Source: a virus
Virus record (IMG/VR): IMGVR_UViG_3300045988_105924
Span: 6,565-70,564 of that record
Length of the DNA stretch: 64,000 nucleotides
Direction: 5' to 3' (one strand)
The notes under the pieces were generated by a model. It was not told the DNA's origin. It made no database searches and was given only the letters and a program-made list of their open reading frames with translations. Position 1 is the stretch's first letter. Each line of letters begins with the position of its first letter. This document shows, in pieces, positions 9,113-18,164 of the stretch. The position numbers were made by a program, and so were the translations under genes.

Positions 9113-9364
9113 ATGAATGAAAAGAGATTTGAAATTGATACGCCTATTGGAAAACTGGTTGCTGAAGCTGATGGAGATTATAAAGATTATCCAGGAATTT
9201 ACATTTATCTTCAGAGAGAAGATGGCGTTCAAATTGATTTGTCTTGCACGGAAATTGATAAAGAAACTGGCGAAGGCAGAGTCTTTATCTGGGAAAATAC
9301 GTCTACAGATGAATGCACTAAGATGATGCGATGGACTAAAGAACAACTTATGATTAAAGAGTGA
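9113..9364 (+). CDS. hypothetical protein (83 aa)
   Basis: SD aaggagatggtaat then ATG. Confidence 0.55.
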   Translation: MNEKRFEIDTPIGKLVAEADGDYKDYPGIYIYLQREDGVQIDLSCTEIDKETGEGRVFIWENTSTDECTKMMRWTKEQLMIKE

Positions 9365-9383
9365 GTGTAGGGAGTAAACAAAA

Positions 9384-10691
9384 ATGACTACTAATAATCC
9401 TATGACCGTAATAACCTCTAAGCCCTTTGGTGTACTGAATGTGGATGTGTACCAGAATGACAAGCATCAGTATTACATGACTCGTGAACAAATTGGTGCA
9501 GCGCTAGAGTACAATAATCCTAATAAGGCAATTCAAAACATCCATGTTAAGAATACGGATCGTCTTGACCCTCTTTCAACATTCCTCAAACTGAGGAAAG
9601 TTGAGGGCGGAATCACGAAGGAACGTGAATATATTGTTTACAGTTTGCGTGGTGTTATGGAAATCTGCCGTCTGTCACGTCAGCCGAAAGCAGATGCGTT
9701 CATGGATTTCTGCTGGGACATCATGGAATCCTTGATGCGTGGTGACACCGTTCTGGCTACGCCTCAGATGGATGCTGCACTGAGTAAAGAATTTATTGAT
9801 GTAAGACTTCACGCTCTGTTTGATAGTATGAAGAACCTTCAGAGTGAACTTGATTCCACTCGCAAGGAGCTCGGTGACCAAATTGAGGAAGCTCGTGCTA
9901 CTAGCAACGAAGCACTGAATGTAATCAGCAGCGTGTCTCAGTGTGTCCATCAGATTAAGGATAAGCAGATGGATAATTCGATTCGTGCTAAGAGCTATAC
10001 TCCTCGCAATGTGTTTCGGGATGAAATGAGTGACTGGCGTAAAGATTTGTATAGCAAGATTGGTGTGATTGCAAATACTAAAGGTTACACAAATAAAGAA
10101 ACGCTTCACAAGATCTATGAATATCTGAATCGTAATTATGGTTTTGTTTTGGAAGATGCTCGTGCAAAGTATATTAAGAGAACGAATCGTAGTGGGAAAA
10201 TTTCAATAATCGACATTATCGAAGAGGATTCCACTTGGAAATCTATCATGGAGGCTGTTGTTGCAGATATGTACGTAGCATCTATCGAGCGTCTGCATCA
10301 GAATCAGAATGAACTTCGTCCGACTCCAAAGGCTGTCGAAGCAGTTTCTGAAACAAATATGAACGTTACTCCTGTGATTGATGTGGTAGCTAAAGAAGTC
10401 GTTAACAAAAAACTTAAGAACAAGAAACAGAGTGAGACGGCGAAGATCCTTTTTCCAATCATGATGCCTCTGGCGGAAAAACTTGGTGACAAGCCACAAT
10501 ATAAGCACACTTACACTCTGATTTATGAGCGTATTGGCTATAAGAAAATGAATAATTTGTTTGTGGCTTACGAAAAGGCACACGGTAAGGCACCGCATCC
10601 GAAGACTAAGGTGTTTATCGAAAATGAAAAGAATCTCGCGCTATTTAAGAAGACTGTGAAGCAGCTGGTGAAAGGACAGGAGAATAAGTAA
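9384..10691 (+). CDS. phage antirepressor-like protein (Bro-N/AntA-type N-terminal domain)
   Basis: N-terminal FGVLNVDVYQNDKHQYYMTREQIGAALEYNNPNKAI resembles Bro-N/ANT domains; SD gggagtaaacaaaa then ATG. Confidence 0.5.
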   Translation: MTTNNPMTVITSKPFGVLNVDVYQNDKHQYYMTREQIGAALEYNNPNKAIQNIHVKNTDRLDPLSTFLKLRKVEGGITKEREYIVYSLRGVMEICRLSRQPKADAFMDFCWDIMESLMRGDTVLATPQMDAALSKEFIDVRLHALFDSMKNLQSELDSTRKELGDQIEEARATSNEALNVISSVSQCVHQIKDKQMDNSIRAKSYTPRNVFRDEMSDWRKDLYSKIGVIANTKGYTNKETLHKIYEYLNRNYGFVLEDARAKYIKRTNRSGKISIIDIIEEDSTWKSIMEAVVADMYVASIERLHQNQNELRPTPKAVEAVSETNMNVTPVIDVVAKEVVNKKLKNKKQSETAKILFPIMMPLAEKLGDKPQYKHTYTLIYERIGYKKMNNLFVAYEKAHGKAPHPKTKVFIENEKNLALFKKTVKQLVKGQENK

Positions 10692-11315
10692 ATGTATGTA
10701 ATCTCGAATGGTCATAACTATATTATGAAACGGAAGGGAGGTCGAATCTGCGCCACCTGTGATATCAATCTGGCATTGCAGTTTGAATCAAAGGGGCTGG
10801 CAATCTGTGAAATCAATAAGCTTCCCGCTGGATATAAGAACGGACACTACACGCCAAAGTCTATGGACGAGGACACCATTGCTGGTAAGAGTCCGAATAT
10901 AGCAGCTCCGGCTGATAAGCCGAATACATACGCATTTCAGATGGAAGATTCTGAATGGCTGATAGAGTTGAAGAAAAATCTTGAGGTCACAGACAAAACA
11001 ATGACCAGCCTCGATGATTTATATGCCAAAGTCTACAGTGATTTAACTGCGGCTAGCGATGAGATTGCCGATATTGAACACGCAATTGAGTTCAAAACAG
11101 TGAATGCAGCGCAAGGTTATCAGCTTATGGCGGAACTTAAAAGAGCTCGCCGGAAGCGCAGAGAAGCTAAGGATGCAAAGCTTCTGCTTGAGATTGTGAT
11201 GGACCATCGAAATAATGATGATTGGGGCCATGGTCGGCTTGGGGCTGCTATTGAACAGCTTGACTCGCGTCAGTTTACTCCGAAGGTTCGTAACGATCTG
11301 TTTGAAAAGAATTGA
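10692..11315 (+). CDS. hypothetical protein with C-terminal coiled-coil (207 aa)
   Basis: ATG overlapping upstream TAA. Confidence 0.5.
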   Translation: MYVISNGHNYIMKRKGGRICATCDINLALQFESKGLAICEINKLPAGYKNGHYTPKSMDEDTIAGKSPNIAAPADKPNTYAFQMEDSEWLIELKKNLEVTDKTMTSLDDLYAKVYSDLTAASDEIADIEHAIEFKTVNAAQGYQLMAELKRARRKRREAKDAKLLLEIVMDHRNNDDWGHGRLGAAIEQLDSRQFTPKVRNDLFEKN

Positions 11316-11326
11316 GGTATATAAAA

Positions 11327-11464
11327 ATGACGATTCATATTTTACACGAATGTATCGACTCTAGCGATTTTTACGCAGAAGGTAATATTATTACCATTAA
11401 CAAAGATAAAGAGAAGTTGTCTGAAAAGATGTTCTTGCTTTATAAGGACTGCCGGGATTCATAA
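11327..11464 (+). CDS. hypothetical small protein (45 aa)
   Basis: SD gaggtatataaaa then ATG; below the track threshold. Confidence 0.35.
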   Translation: MTIHILHECIDSSDFYAEGNIITINKDKEKLSEKMFLLYKDCRDS

Positions 11465-11584
11465 GGAAATAGTGTGAAACAGGACGAAACGTGGTGTGAT
11501 TCATGTAAGGTGTCCGTTGTTAGTGGGAATTCTGGAAATTACTATCGACATCATTGGAAAATTGACAAGTTTGAGGTGTAAATT

Positions 11585-11809
11585 ATGATGGTATATGGAA
11601 ACATAACGTGTAATCGCTGTGGCATTACATGGTATGGTCCTAAATGTGGAAAGCTCTATTGTGATGAATGTCGTAAGATAATAAGAAATGAGGCATCCAT
11701 TCGATGCAAGAATAAAAAGAAACATAAACCAACATTTGTTGAGATTGTAAGAATGGCAGATGCTGAAGGATTATCTTACGGTAAGTATTGTTTGAAGTAT
11801 GGAGTTTGA
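11585..11809 (+). CDS. zinc-ribbon protein (CNRC...CDEC)
   Basis: SD gaggtgtaaatt then ATG; two CxxC pairs. Confidence 0.55.
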   Translation: MMVYGNITCNRCGITWYGPKCGKLYCDECRKIIRNEASIRCKNKKKHKPTFVEIVRMADAEGLSYGKYCLKYGV

Positions 11810-12638
11810 GGTGAATATAATAAGCGCAGTTGTTGAAAGAAAAGAAGAACAGATACCTAAATTGATTTATTTTAATCCGAAACCTTCTGTTCCGGCTAAA
11901 AAACGTGGTGTTACAAAAAGTAAGCAGAAGCGTAAGCGTAATATTTCTCCAATTAGAAGCTTGGATGATGTTCAAATGATTTCGGAATATTTTTGGGACA
12001 AGAAGCAGTATCGTAACTGGTGCTTATTTAATGTAGGTATTGCAACTGGTTTACGTGCTAGCGATTTGCTCAAGTTGAAGGTTTCCGATATGTCTTATTG
12101 CCTTTACAATGGAAAGATTGAAGTGGTTGAAGACGCGGGAGTTTGCATTATTGAAGAAAAAACATCTAAATATCGTGAAATTATTCTTACTCCAGAAGCG
12201 AGGGATATTGTTGAAACATACATCAAGATTGCGAAACTTGGATATGATGATTGGATGTTTCCATCTCGACAGGGGAGCTGGAAAAAGTCTTTGAGAACAA
12301 ATGGTGGACATGGGAAAACCGGTATTCTTCATATCGCAGAACCCAAAAAGGCCGGTGATCCTATTGATGTTGATCATTTTGCTCGTATTCTTCGTAACGT
12401 TGGTAAAGATTTAGGTCTTAATTATAAAATTGCATCTCATTCTTGCCGCAAAACGTTTGGTTATCGTGAAATGTGTCTTAATAAGGATGATAATCAGGCA
12501 TTGTCTTGGATTCAGGGTCAGTTGAATCATAGTAGTCAGGACATTACATTACGGTACGTTGGTTTTGATGAGGATAAGGCAAAAGAATATTATAAGAAGA
12601 CTTTTTATGGTGTGAATACACACAGCTTGGAAGACTGA
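11799..12638 (+). CDS. tyrosine site-specific recombinase (XerC/integrase family), internal copy
   Basis: GLRASDLLKL, HSCRKTFG and LRYVG motifs consistent with the R..H..R..Y catalytic core. Confidence 0.7.
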   Translation: MEFEVNIISAVVERKEEQIPKLIYFNPKPSVPAKKRGVTKSKQKRKRNISPIRSLDDVQMISEYFWDKKQYRNWCLFNVGIATGLRASDLLKLKVSDMSYCLYNGKIEVVEDAGVCIIEEKTSKYREIILTPEARDIVETYIKIAKLGYDDWMFPSRQGSWKKSLRTNGGHGKTGILHIAEPKKAGDPIDVDHFARILRNVGKDLGLNYKIASHSCRKTFGYREMCLNKDDNQALSWIQGQLNHSSQDITLRYVGFDEDKAKEYYKKTFYGVNTHSLED

Positions 12639-12646
12639 GGTGTGTG

Positions 12647-13321
12647 ATGGCTGATACTTATATTAAAGTCTGGGATACTTACGAGAGCTACTTTGAACCC
12701 CTTAGTGCTGCTGAGGTGGGGCGTCTGGTACTGGCGATGATGAAATATAAATCGTCTGGAACGGAGCCTGAACTCAACGGAAATGAGCGGTATGTGTGGC
12801 CTGCTGTGAAGAGAGATTTGGACAAAGATGCCGAATACATCGAAGGTAAGAGGATTTCTGGTAAAGCTGGTGGCTCATCAAGCAAGCGTAAGCAAAACGA
12901 AGCAAACGCAAGCAAAACAAAGCTAGAAAAAGATAAAGATAAAGATAAAGATAAGATATCGTCTTCGTCTTGTGATGAGACAACAACGACGAAACCTATC
13001 GAGGATGTTTTCCGAGAGAATATCGGGAAGCTTGGTGCTACAGGGCAAAAAGCTTTGGCAGAATATGTTGAGCGCATGGGCGATGAACTTGTGCTTGCTG
13101 TGATTGGTAAGTGTTCGGATCTCGGCGGTAGCACATGGGCTTATGTGCGAAAAGCACTGGACGAAGCTGAATCACTTGGTTGTAAGACTGCTGATGATTA
13201 TCGCCGGGTATGTCCGATAGGGAGTTGTCGTAACACAAGAGTGACTAGGGAGATGCCTAGCGGTGGTGATTGGCTGAAGAACGCAACGCATAGACGTCCG
13301 CTGATAAAGAAAGACGCTTAA
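12647..13321 (+). CDS. DnaD-domain replication protein; contains a KDKDKDKDK repeat
   Basis: C-terminal LVLAVIGKCSDLGGSTWAYVRKALDEAESLG resembles the DnaD C-terminal domain; in-frame (GATAAA)4. Confidence 0.5.
   Translation: MADTYIKVWDTYESYFEPLSAAEVGRLVLAMMKYKSSGTEPELNGNERYVWPAVKRDLDKDAEYIEGKRISGKAGGSSSKRKQNEANASKTKLEKDKDKDKDKISSSSCDETTTTKPIEDVFRENIGKLGATGQKALAEYVERMGDELVLAVIGKCSDLGGSTWAYVRKALDEAESLGCKTADDYRRVCPIGSCRNTRVTREMPSGGDWLKNATHRRPLIKKDA
12932..12955 (+). repeat. (GATAAA)3-GATAAG hexanucleotide microsatellite inside a CDS
   Basis: direct tandem repeat seen in the sequence. Confidence 0.8.
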
Positions 13322-13344
13322 AAGTAATATTTTAGGAGGAGCTT

Positions 13345-13536
13345 ATGGGTAATTGGTACAAAGTATCAGGTCAATACGATGACGGTTGTAAGGTGTATAA
13401 GAAAGACTATATCGTCTTTGCAGAGTCCAGCTCTGATGCGGAACAAAAGATTTTTCACTTGAAATTGCCGTATGATTGTTCTTTTTTTCCTTGCACGGTA
13501 ACTCAGTTGATTAAAAATATTATTTATGAATTTTAA
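13345..13536 (+). CDS. hypothetical protein (63 aa)
   Basis: SD aggaggagctt then ATG. Confidence 0.55.
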   Translation: MGNWYKVSGQYDDGCKVYKKDYIVFAESSSDAEQKIFHLKLPYDCSFFPCTVTQLIKNIIYEF

Positions 13537-13565
13537 TAAAAGAGTGATTTTAGGAGGTTTAAATT

Positions 13566-13967
13566 ATGGGACTGTTTTTAGGTCTTGGTTTGCTTGGCGC
13601 AGCGTTTGCGATTGACGGTGCGAAGCAAGCACCGTTTGATAGGGCATATCGCCGCTTAGAAAATGAATGGGGCACATGCACATCGGAAGAGAGTAAGCGG
13701 TGTGATGCTCTAAAGTATGCGGTACAGAACGGCTTGTGTTTCGAGGATGAGGAGAAACCCGTGATTGAGTGGCAAAAGCTGAGAGATCTTCAGTGGAAGT
13801 ATCAGTTGGCTGGTATTTCTTGGCCGAGAGAATCTGCGATTCGGGATGTGTGCCGTCTGGCGGCTCGTGACCGTGGATTTGAATACAAGGGATATCTTCG
13901 TAATACATTGACATTTGGCTACATTACTGATCCGAAAAACATTTGCAAGCTTGGTATTGTAGATTGA
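13566..13967 (+). CDS. secreted or membrane protein with N-terminal signal-like segment (133 aa)
   Basis: MGLFLGLGLLGAAFAIDG hydrophobic N-terminus; SD taggaggtttaaatt then ATG. Confidence 0.55.
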   Translation: MGLFLGLGLLGAAFAIDGAKQAPFDRAYRRLENEWGTCTSEESKRCDALKYAVQNGLCFEDEEKPVIEWQKLRDLQWKYQLAGISWPRESAIRDVCRLAARDRGFEYKGYLRNTLTFGYITDPKNICKLGIVD

Positions 13968-13981
13968 GAGGAGATTTGAAA

Positions 13982-14287
13982 ATGAATAACACTCGTAGAA
14001 AAGCTATAAAACAGACCATTGACCGCTTTGATTCCATCCGTAAGAAGCTGGAAGAACTTGTATCTGAGGTCGAAAGTGTAAAATCCGATGTTGAGGATAT
14101 CCAATGGGAAGAAGAAGAGTATCGTGATAACATGCCGGAGAATTTGCAGGGGAGTGAGCGGTACGATAAAGCAGATAATGCTTGCACGAATCTGTCTGAT
14201 ACTGTGGATGCTCTGGATGATATGATTGGTGCTCTGGATTTTGACTTTGGTGATGTGACTACCTCTCTGGAGGAAGCGATGGAATGA
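13982..14287 (+). CDS. hypothetical acidic coiled-coil protein
   Basis: SD gagaggagatttgaaa then ATG 13982. Confidence 0.55.
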   Translation: MNNTRRKAIKQTIDRFDSIRKKLEELVSEVESVKSDVEDIQWEEEEYRDNMPENLQGSERYDKADNACTNLSDTVDALDDMIGALDFDFGDVTTSLEEAME

Positions 14288-14472
14288 TTGGTGTTTCAAA
14301 TCCGCTAAGGAGAAGCGCTTGGGCCGTATTTTTGTACAGAGGCAAGCAAGTTGCTTCGTATATTTTACGAGAAAGCAATCTTGGTGACAAGGAACGTATG
14401 GTAGAGCTGTTGGCACGAAGGTACATGACAGAGCCTGAGAATATTGTTGTAGATATTGAATTTAGAGATTGA
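14284..14472 (+). CDS. hypothetical protein (62 aa)
   Basis: ATGA overlap with upstream gene. Confidence 0.45.
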   Translation: MIGVSNPLRRSAWAVFLYRGKQVASYILRESNLGDKERMVELLARRYMTEPENIVVDIEFRD

Positions 14473-14573
14473 GGTAATATGGAATGACCGCGTTTGTAAT
14501 GTTTATTTTGAATGTGGCACTGATAACAACAGTGGATAACAATCCGTTTGCGTTTTGATTGAGAGGTGTGGAT

Positions 14574-14762
14574 ATGAGTATGTTGCAAGAAGAGTACAAT
14601 TTGACGGATGAAGAACTTAAACAGTTGCTTTATGATATTCGACGTCCGAGTATGGAAGCTGCTATACGTCGTGAAAAGACGTACAAAACATATTTATCGA
14701 ATGTAGATATTGAATATGATGGTGAATCAGAAGTGGTTGATTTTAAAGACTTGGATATTTGA
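14574..14762 (+). CDS. hypothetical protein (62 aa)
   Basis: SD gagaggtgtggat then ATG 14574. Confidence 0.5.
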   Translation: MSMLQEEYNLTDEELKQLLYDIRRPSMEAAIRREKTYKTYLSNVDIEYDGESEVVDFKDLDI

Positions 14763-14776
14763 CTGGAGGTGCAAAT

Positions 14777-15034
14777 ATGAATATTCTGAGTTTTAATGGA
14801 AATGAAAATCCAAAAGATACGGATGGTGATGCCGTTGTCAAGTTAAGTTATCAGGAACTGTTTAAGTTAAATAATATTTTGTATCACGCTCAAAAAGGCG
14901 GTGAGATAAAGGACGTAGTGGACTTTAATATTCGAAGGAATTTTTACATGGCGCTTAATTTGGTTCAATATGGTAGTCTGGATTCTGTTTCGCTAGAAAT
15001 TATGTTAAAACTTTATGAAAACAATAAAACCTAA
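14777..15034 (+). CDS. hypothetical protein (85 aa)
   Basis: SD ctggaggtgcaaat then ATG. Confidence 0.55.
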   Translation: MNILSFNGNENPKDTDGDAVVKLSYQELFKLNNILYHAQKGGEIKDVVDFNIRRNFYMALNLVQYGSLDSVSLEIMLKLYENNKT

Positions 15035-15051
15035 ATTCTTTGAAAGGATAA

Positions 15052-15303
15052 ATGGGAATGGATAGTAAGAAAACAAAAGAACTGCGGGCTGGTGTTATGA
15101 AAGTTGTCAGCTGGTTGGATAATAATTGGCGTTGGATTCATACCAATGATTTTGGAAATGAAGAAAAGGCAATGGATTCCGTTGAGATTTACCATACAGT
15201 CTTGAATACTGTTGAGATGCTTGGTGGTGATTGGCAGCGTGACGAGAATGGAAAGCATCGGGTGTTTATCGCCGGAGTTGGTGGAAAGGCAGAGACGGAG
15301 TAA
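15052..15303 (+). CDS. hypothetical protein (83 aa)
   Basis: SD aaaggataa; ATG 15052 or 15058. Confidence 0.5.
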   Translation: MGMDSKKTKELRAGVMKVVSWLDNNWRWIHTNDFGNEEKAMDSVEIYHTVLNTVEMLGGDWQRDENGKHRVFIAGVGGKAETE

Positions 15304-15408
15304 AATCCGGGTTCTTATGAGATTGCTGTAAAAAGCTTGACGATAACTGGTTATGCTGTTAAACTTTGCATAATCACAGAATGCGCAAGCATGGAATGAG
15401 GTGGACTT

Positions 15409-15708
15409 ATGAATTTACAAGGACTTGAAAATAAAAAATGGGACTTTAATAAACAAGAGGAACTAGCTATCTCTTGGCTATTAAAACATGGCTTTGAGGT
15501 GAAATTGAAAAAACAGTATACATCAAAGGATATTTATACGGTAACAAAAGATGGTATTTTAGATGAATTTATCTTTCCGAATAACCAGAAGAACATGAAC
15601 GTTCGGGCTTTTATGGAAAGATATGAGAAAAATTTTGAAACAAAGAAAGAACTCATAAAATTAAGAGCAGAGGCATCGGCTAATGGTTTGATTAAAGAAC
15701 GTAGTTGA
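15409..15708 (+). CDS. hypothetical protein (99 aa)
   Basis: SD gaggtggactt then ATG; preceded by a 105-nt promoter-like gap. Confidence 0.55.
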   Translation: MNLQGLENKKWDFNKQEELAISWLLKHGFEVKLKKQYTSKDIYTVTKDGILDEFIFPNNQKNMNVRAFMERYEKNFETKKELIKLRAEASANGLIKERS

Positions 15709-15739
15709 TGTGATAAAAGTTAAGTTCTAGGAGGATTCT

Positions 15740-15955
15740 ATGAAATTCTATGTAATTAAAACCACAAAAAATGGTATTGAGTACAAAAAATATAAATGTA
15801 TAGATGGATGGACAAAAGAGAAAACGGCAAGTTGGCAATTTTCAAAACAAGGAGCGGAAAGAATCGCTAAAAGATTAAATGATTCTGTAAAAGGACACGA
15901 GCATGAAATTCATTACAATGTGTTAGCTGCTAAAAATGATTTGGATAACTTTTGA
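15740..15955 (+). CDS. hypothetical basic protein (71 aa)
   Basis: SD taggaggattct then ATG. Confidence 0.55.
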   Translation: MKFYVIKTTKNGIEYKKYKCIDGWTKEKTASWQFSKQGAERIAKRLNDSVKGHEHEIHYNVLAAKNDLDNF

Positions 15956-16002
15956 GTGAAAAGGTATGTCTAATAAAAGCTGAGATTTAGGGAGACATAG
16001 TT

Positions 16003-16233
16003 ATGAGTGAATATAAATTAAAGCCGTGTCCTTTTTGTGGTGGAGAAGTTACCGTTGCAGAGGGCAGTTATCGCCAAACACGATGGATGTATGTTACGAG
16101 AGGAAACAAAGAAAATAGGTGCAACTGCCATGTTTTCATGGAAAGCAAAACTTACTACTTTGATTCCTCTGAAAAAGACAAGGAAAGAATCAAAGCCGAC
16201 CTTATCGAAGCGTGGAATAAGCGAGTCGAATAA
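16003..16233 (+). CDS. zinc-ribbon protein (CPFCGG...CNCH)
   Basis: SD agggagacatagtt then ATG. Confidence 0.55.
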   Translation: MSEYKLKPCPFCGGEVTVAEGSYRQTRWMYVTRGNKENRCNCHVFMESKTYYFDSSEKDKERIKADLIEAWNKRVE

Positions 16234-16261
16234 AAACTAAGATTTAATGGAGGAAAATATT

Positions 16262-16465
16262 ATGAGCGAAACAAATCATGAAAAGAACAAACATGAAGTG
16301 ACTCGACTTGACGCAATTAGAAAGATAGACATTATGGGGCTTGAAAAGTTTCTTGAGAACATTCAGAAGTATCCAGACCGTTATCCCAAGAATAAATTTG
16401 AATGGATTGTATGGTTACAGGAACCAGTTGAAGATAGAGTACATTTTGATAATAAGGTGTTTTAA
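16262..16465 (+). CDS. hypothetical protein (67 aa)
   Basis: SD aatggaggaaaatatt then ATG 16262. Confidence 0.5.
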   Translation: MSETNHEKNKHEVTRLDAIRKIDIMGLEKFLENIQKYPDRYPKNKFEWIVWLQEPVEDRVHFDNKVF

Positions 16466-16466
16466 A

Positions 16467-16802
16467 ATGATTTATACCGTAACAATGATTGACTCGTTTA
16501 AGAACGAGCAGAATGCGAAATTTAGTTCGCCAGTGTCAAATACCAAAGGCATCTACTGGATGCCGGACGACAGTTGGATTGCTGGATTCTTTACAGATTT
16601 AGCAGAGGCTATTCGAGTTGTTAAGGAAAACGTGACTGACATCTTTGAACATTGTTACAACTACGCAGTCGTTGAAGGATACGAGGAAGGTCTGTATCCA
16701 AGACCAGAATTGACGAGGTGGTTTAAATATGATGCTGAGAGTGACACAGCATTCGAGATTGAACCGCCGCTGCATAATAATGTGTGTGGATATGCGTTTT
16801 GA
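16467..16802 (+). CDS. hypothetical protein (111 aa)
   Basis: ATG 16467 after aaggtg. Confidence 0.5.
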   Translation: MIYTVTMIDSFKNEQNAKFSSPVSNTKGIYWMPDDSWIAGFFTDLAEAIRVVKENVTDIFEHCYNYAVVEGYEEGLYPRPELTRWFKYDAESDTAFEIEPPLHNNVCGYAF

Positions 16803-16819
16803 AGAAGGAGAATAAGACT

Positions 16820-16975
16820 ATGAGTAGTGTACTTATTGATCGGAACGCAGCTAAGAAGGTAGAATCTATCTTCGAGCATCCTGATAAGATCTATTCGGTG
16901 TATTTGAAGGCTGGCGGAGATGTCGTTTGGCTGCAAGGTGAAATTGAGCTGTATGAATTTTTGCGCAGCTTATAA
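16820..16975 (+). CDS. hypothetical protein (51 aa)
   Basis: SD gaaggagaataagact then ATG. Confidence 0.45.
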   Translation: MSSVLIDRNAAKKVESIFEHPDKIYSVYLKAGGDVVWLQGEIELYEFLRSL

Positions 16976-16996
16976 AACCAATATTTTTGAAGGGAA

Positions 16997-17623
16997 GTGA
17001 TTTTTATTAACTCTAATTTGTTAATAAATCGTGAGCAAAGTGTTGCCATCGTGTGTATAATGTGCTTGCTGGCAGGGAATCTGGTATCGAAGATCAGCCC
17101 GGTAATTCAAAATCAGAGCAATTCGTACCTTTATAATAGTAGTCCTCCGGCAGTAAGTGTTGTGCAGCAAGAGGAAAAGGAACCAGAAGTCATCGTAAAA
17201 ACTGTTATCGAGACGCGTGTGGTAAACTTCAGTCAGGGAAAGCGCGAACTCACTAATGATGAGCGTGCTCTTGCGGAGCAGATCGTTGCTTGTGAAGCAG
17301 GTGCTGATAGCCTAGAAGGTCAGATGGCTGTGGCTCAATGTCTTTATGATTCTGCTGTACTTGATGGTCTAACCATCCAGCAGGTCTTTAAGAAGTATGG
17401 TTATAGTTCCTTATATAATAGGAAGGTGACGGCAGAGAACGAATTGGCTGTGTCTATGGTGTTTGATTACGGCGCTAAAATTTCAAACAAACCAATTCAA
17501 TGGTTTGTGACCCCGGCGGCAGCTTCCGGCAGTTGGCACGAGCACGGAGCAACGTTCGCTGGACAATTTGGCGCACATAGGTTCTATTACAACGCGGAAC
17601 TGGTTGTGGATGATGCCGAGTGA
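16997..17623 (+). CDS. membrane-anchored cell wall hydrolase (SleB/CwlJ Hydrolase_2-like)
   Basis: N-terminal TM segment; ERALAEQIVACEAGADSLEGQMAVAQCLYDSAVLDGLTIQQVF matches the SleB-type hydrolase core; GTG start. Confidence 0.6.
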   Translation: MIFINSNLLINREQSVAIVCIMCLLAGNLVSKISPVIQNQSNSYLYNSSPPAVSVVQQEEKEPEVIVKTVIETRVVNFSQGKRELTNDERALAEQIVACEAGADSLEGQMAVAQCLYDSAVLDGLTIQQVFKKYGYSSLYNRKVTAENELAVSMVFDYGAKISNKPIQWFVTPAAASGSWHEHGATFAGQFGAHRFYYNAELVVDDAE

Positions 17624-17657
17624 ATGGCATCATCTAAAATTTTAAACTTTTACAACA

Positions 17658-17709
17658 ACAAAAAGATGTATAATATATTGACCAAAACAAAAAGATGTGT
17701 ATAATATAT
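17658..17709 (+). repeat. tandem direct repeat CAAAAAGATGT(G)TATAATATAT x2, each with a -10 box
   Basis: two near-identical 20-22 nt copies 30 nt apart. Confidence 0.7.
17678..17705 (+). promoter_or_regulatory. sigma70-like promoter TTGACC-16-TATAAT (with TGTG extension)
   Basis: consensus hexamers read in the sequence, upstream of the gene at 17748. Confidence 0.55.
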
Positions 17710-17747
17710 CTTGAAAGTTGTCTAAATGAGTGGAGGGCGGTGTTTTA

Positions 17748-18074
17748 ATGCGTGAGAGAAATGTTCTGAAGGTCATACGAGTTGATGACTTTTTAAAGTA
17801 CATAAGAAAAAAGAGAGTGTGGGTTTGTTTTATTTGCAATGGTGTAGATGTTCACATGGTCTGTAACAAAATGAACGATGTTGGAGCAGAGACACATGGG
17901 ATCGTTAAAGGCATTGGCTTCTTCGGAAACGAAAGTCATATTGAGCTGCGGCAAGAATGCCACGAAGTAAGGAGGATTGAGCTTAGACCGGGCGATAAAG
18001 AGAAAGCGTATGAGATGATCTTCGATAACACAAGCGTGTTCGTATCAGAGAACCCCGAGTTGTACGGGCACTAA
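17748..18074 (+). CDS. hypothetical protein (108 aa)
   Basis: SD ggagggcggtgtttta then ATG. Confidence 0.5.
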   Translation: MRERNVLKVIRVDDFLKYIRKKRVWVCFICNGVDVHMVCNKMNDVGAETHGIVKGIGFFGNESHIELRQECHEVRRIELRPGDKEKAYEMIFDNTSVFVSENPELYGH

Positions 18075-18093
18075 AAATATTTAAAAAACCTCT

Positions 18094-18121
18094 TGACTTC
18101 TGCAAGGGTATCCTGTATAAT
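18094..18121 (+). promoter_or_regulatory. consensus sigma70 promoter TTGACT-17-TATAAT, with GTATCCTG directly upstream of the -10 box
   Basis: perfect -35 and -10 hexamers with 17-nt spacer, 44 nt upstream of the MazF-like gene. Confidence 0.7.
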
Positions 18122-18164
18122 ATAGCTATGGAACGGAGCTACACTATTATAGAGGAGAAAGACT

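Noticed and set aside
12932-12955. CRISPR array or other spacer-repeat structure
   Set aside because: The only tandem repeats are a coding hexanucleotide microsatellite and short promoter duplications. There are no regularly spaced repeat-spacer units.
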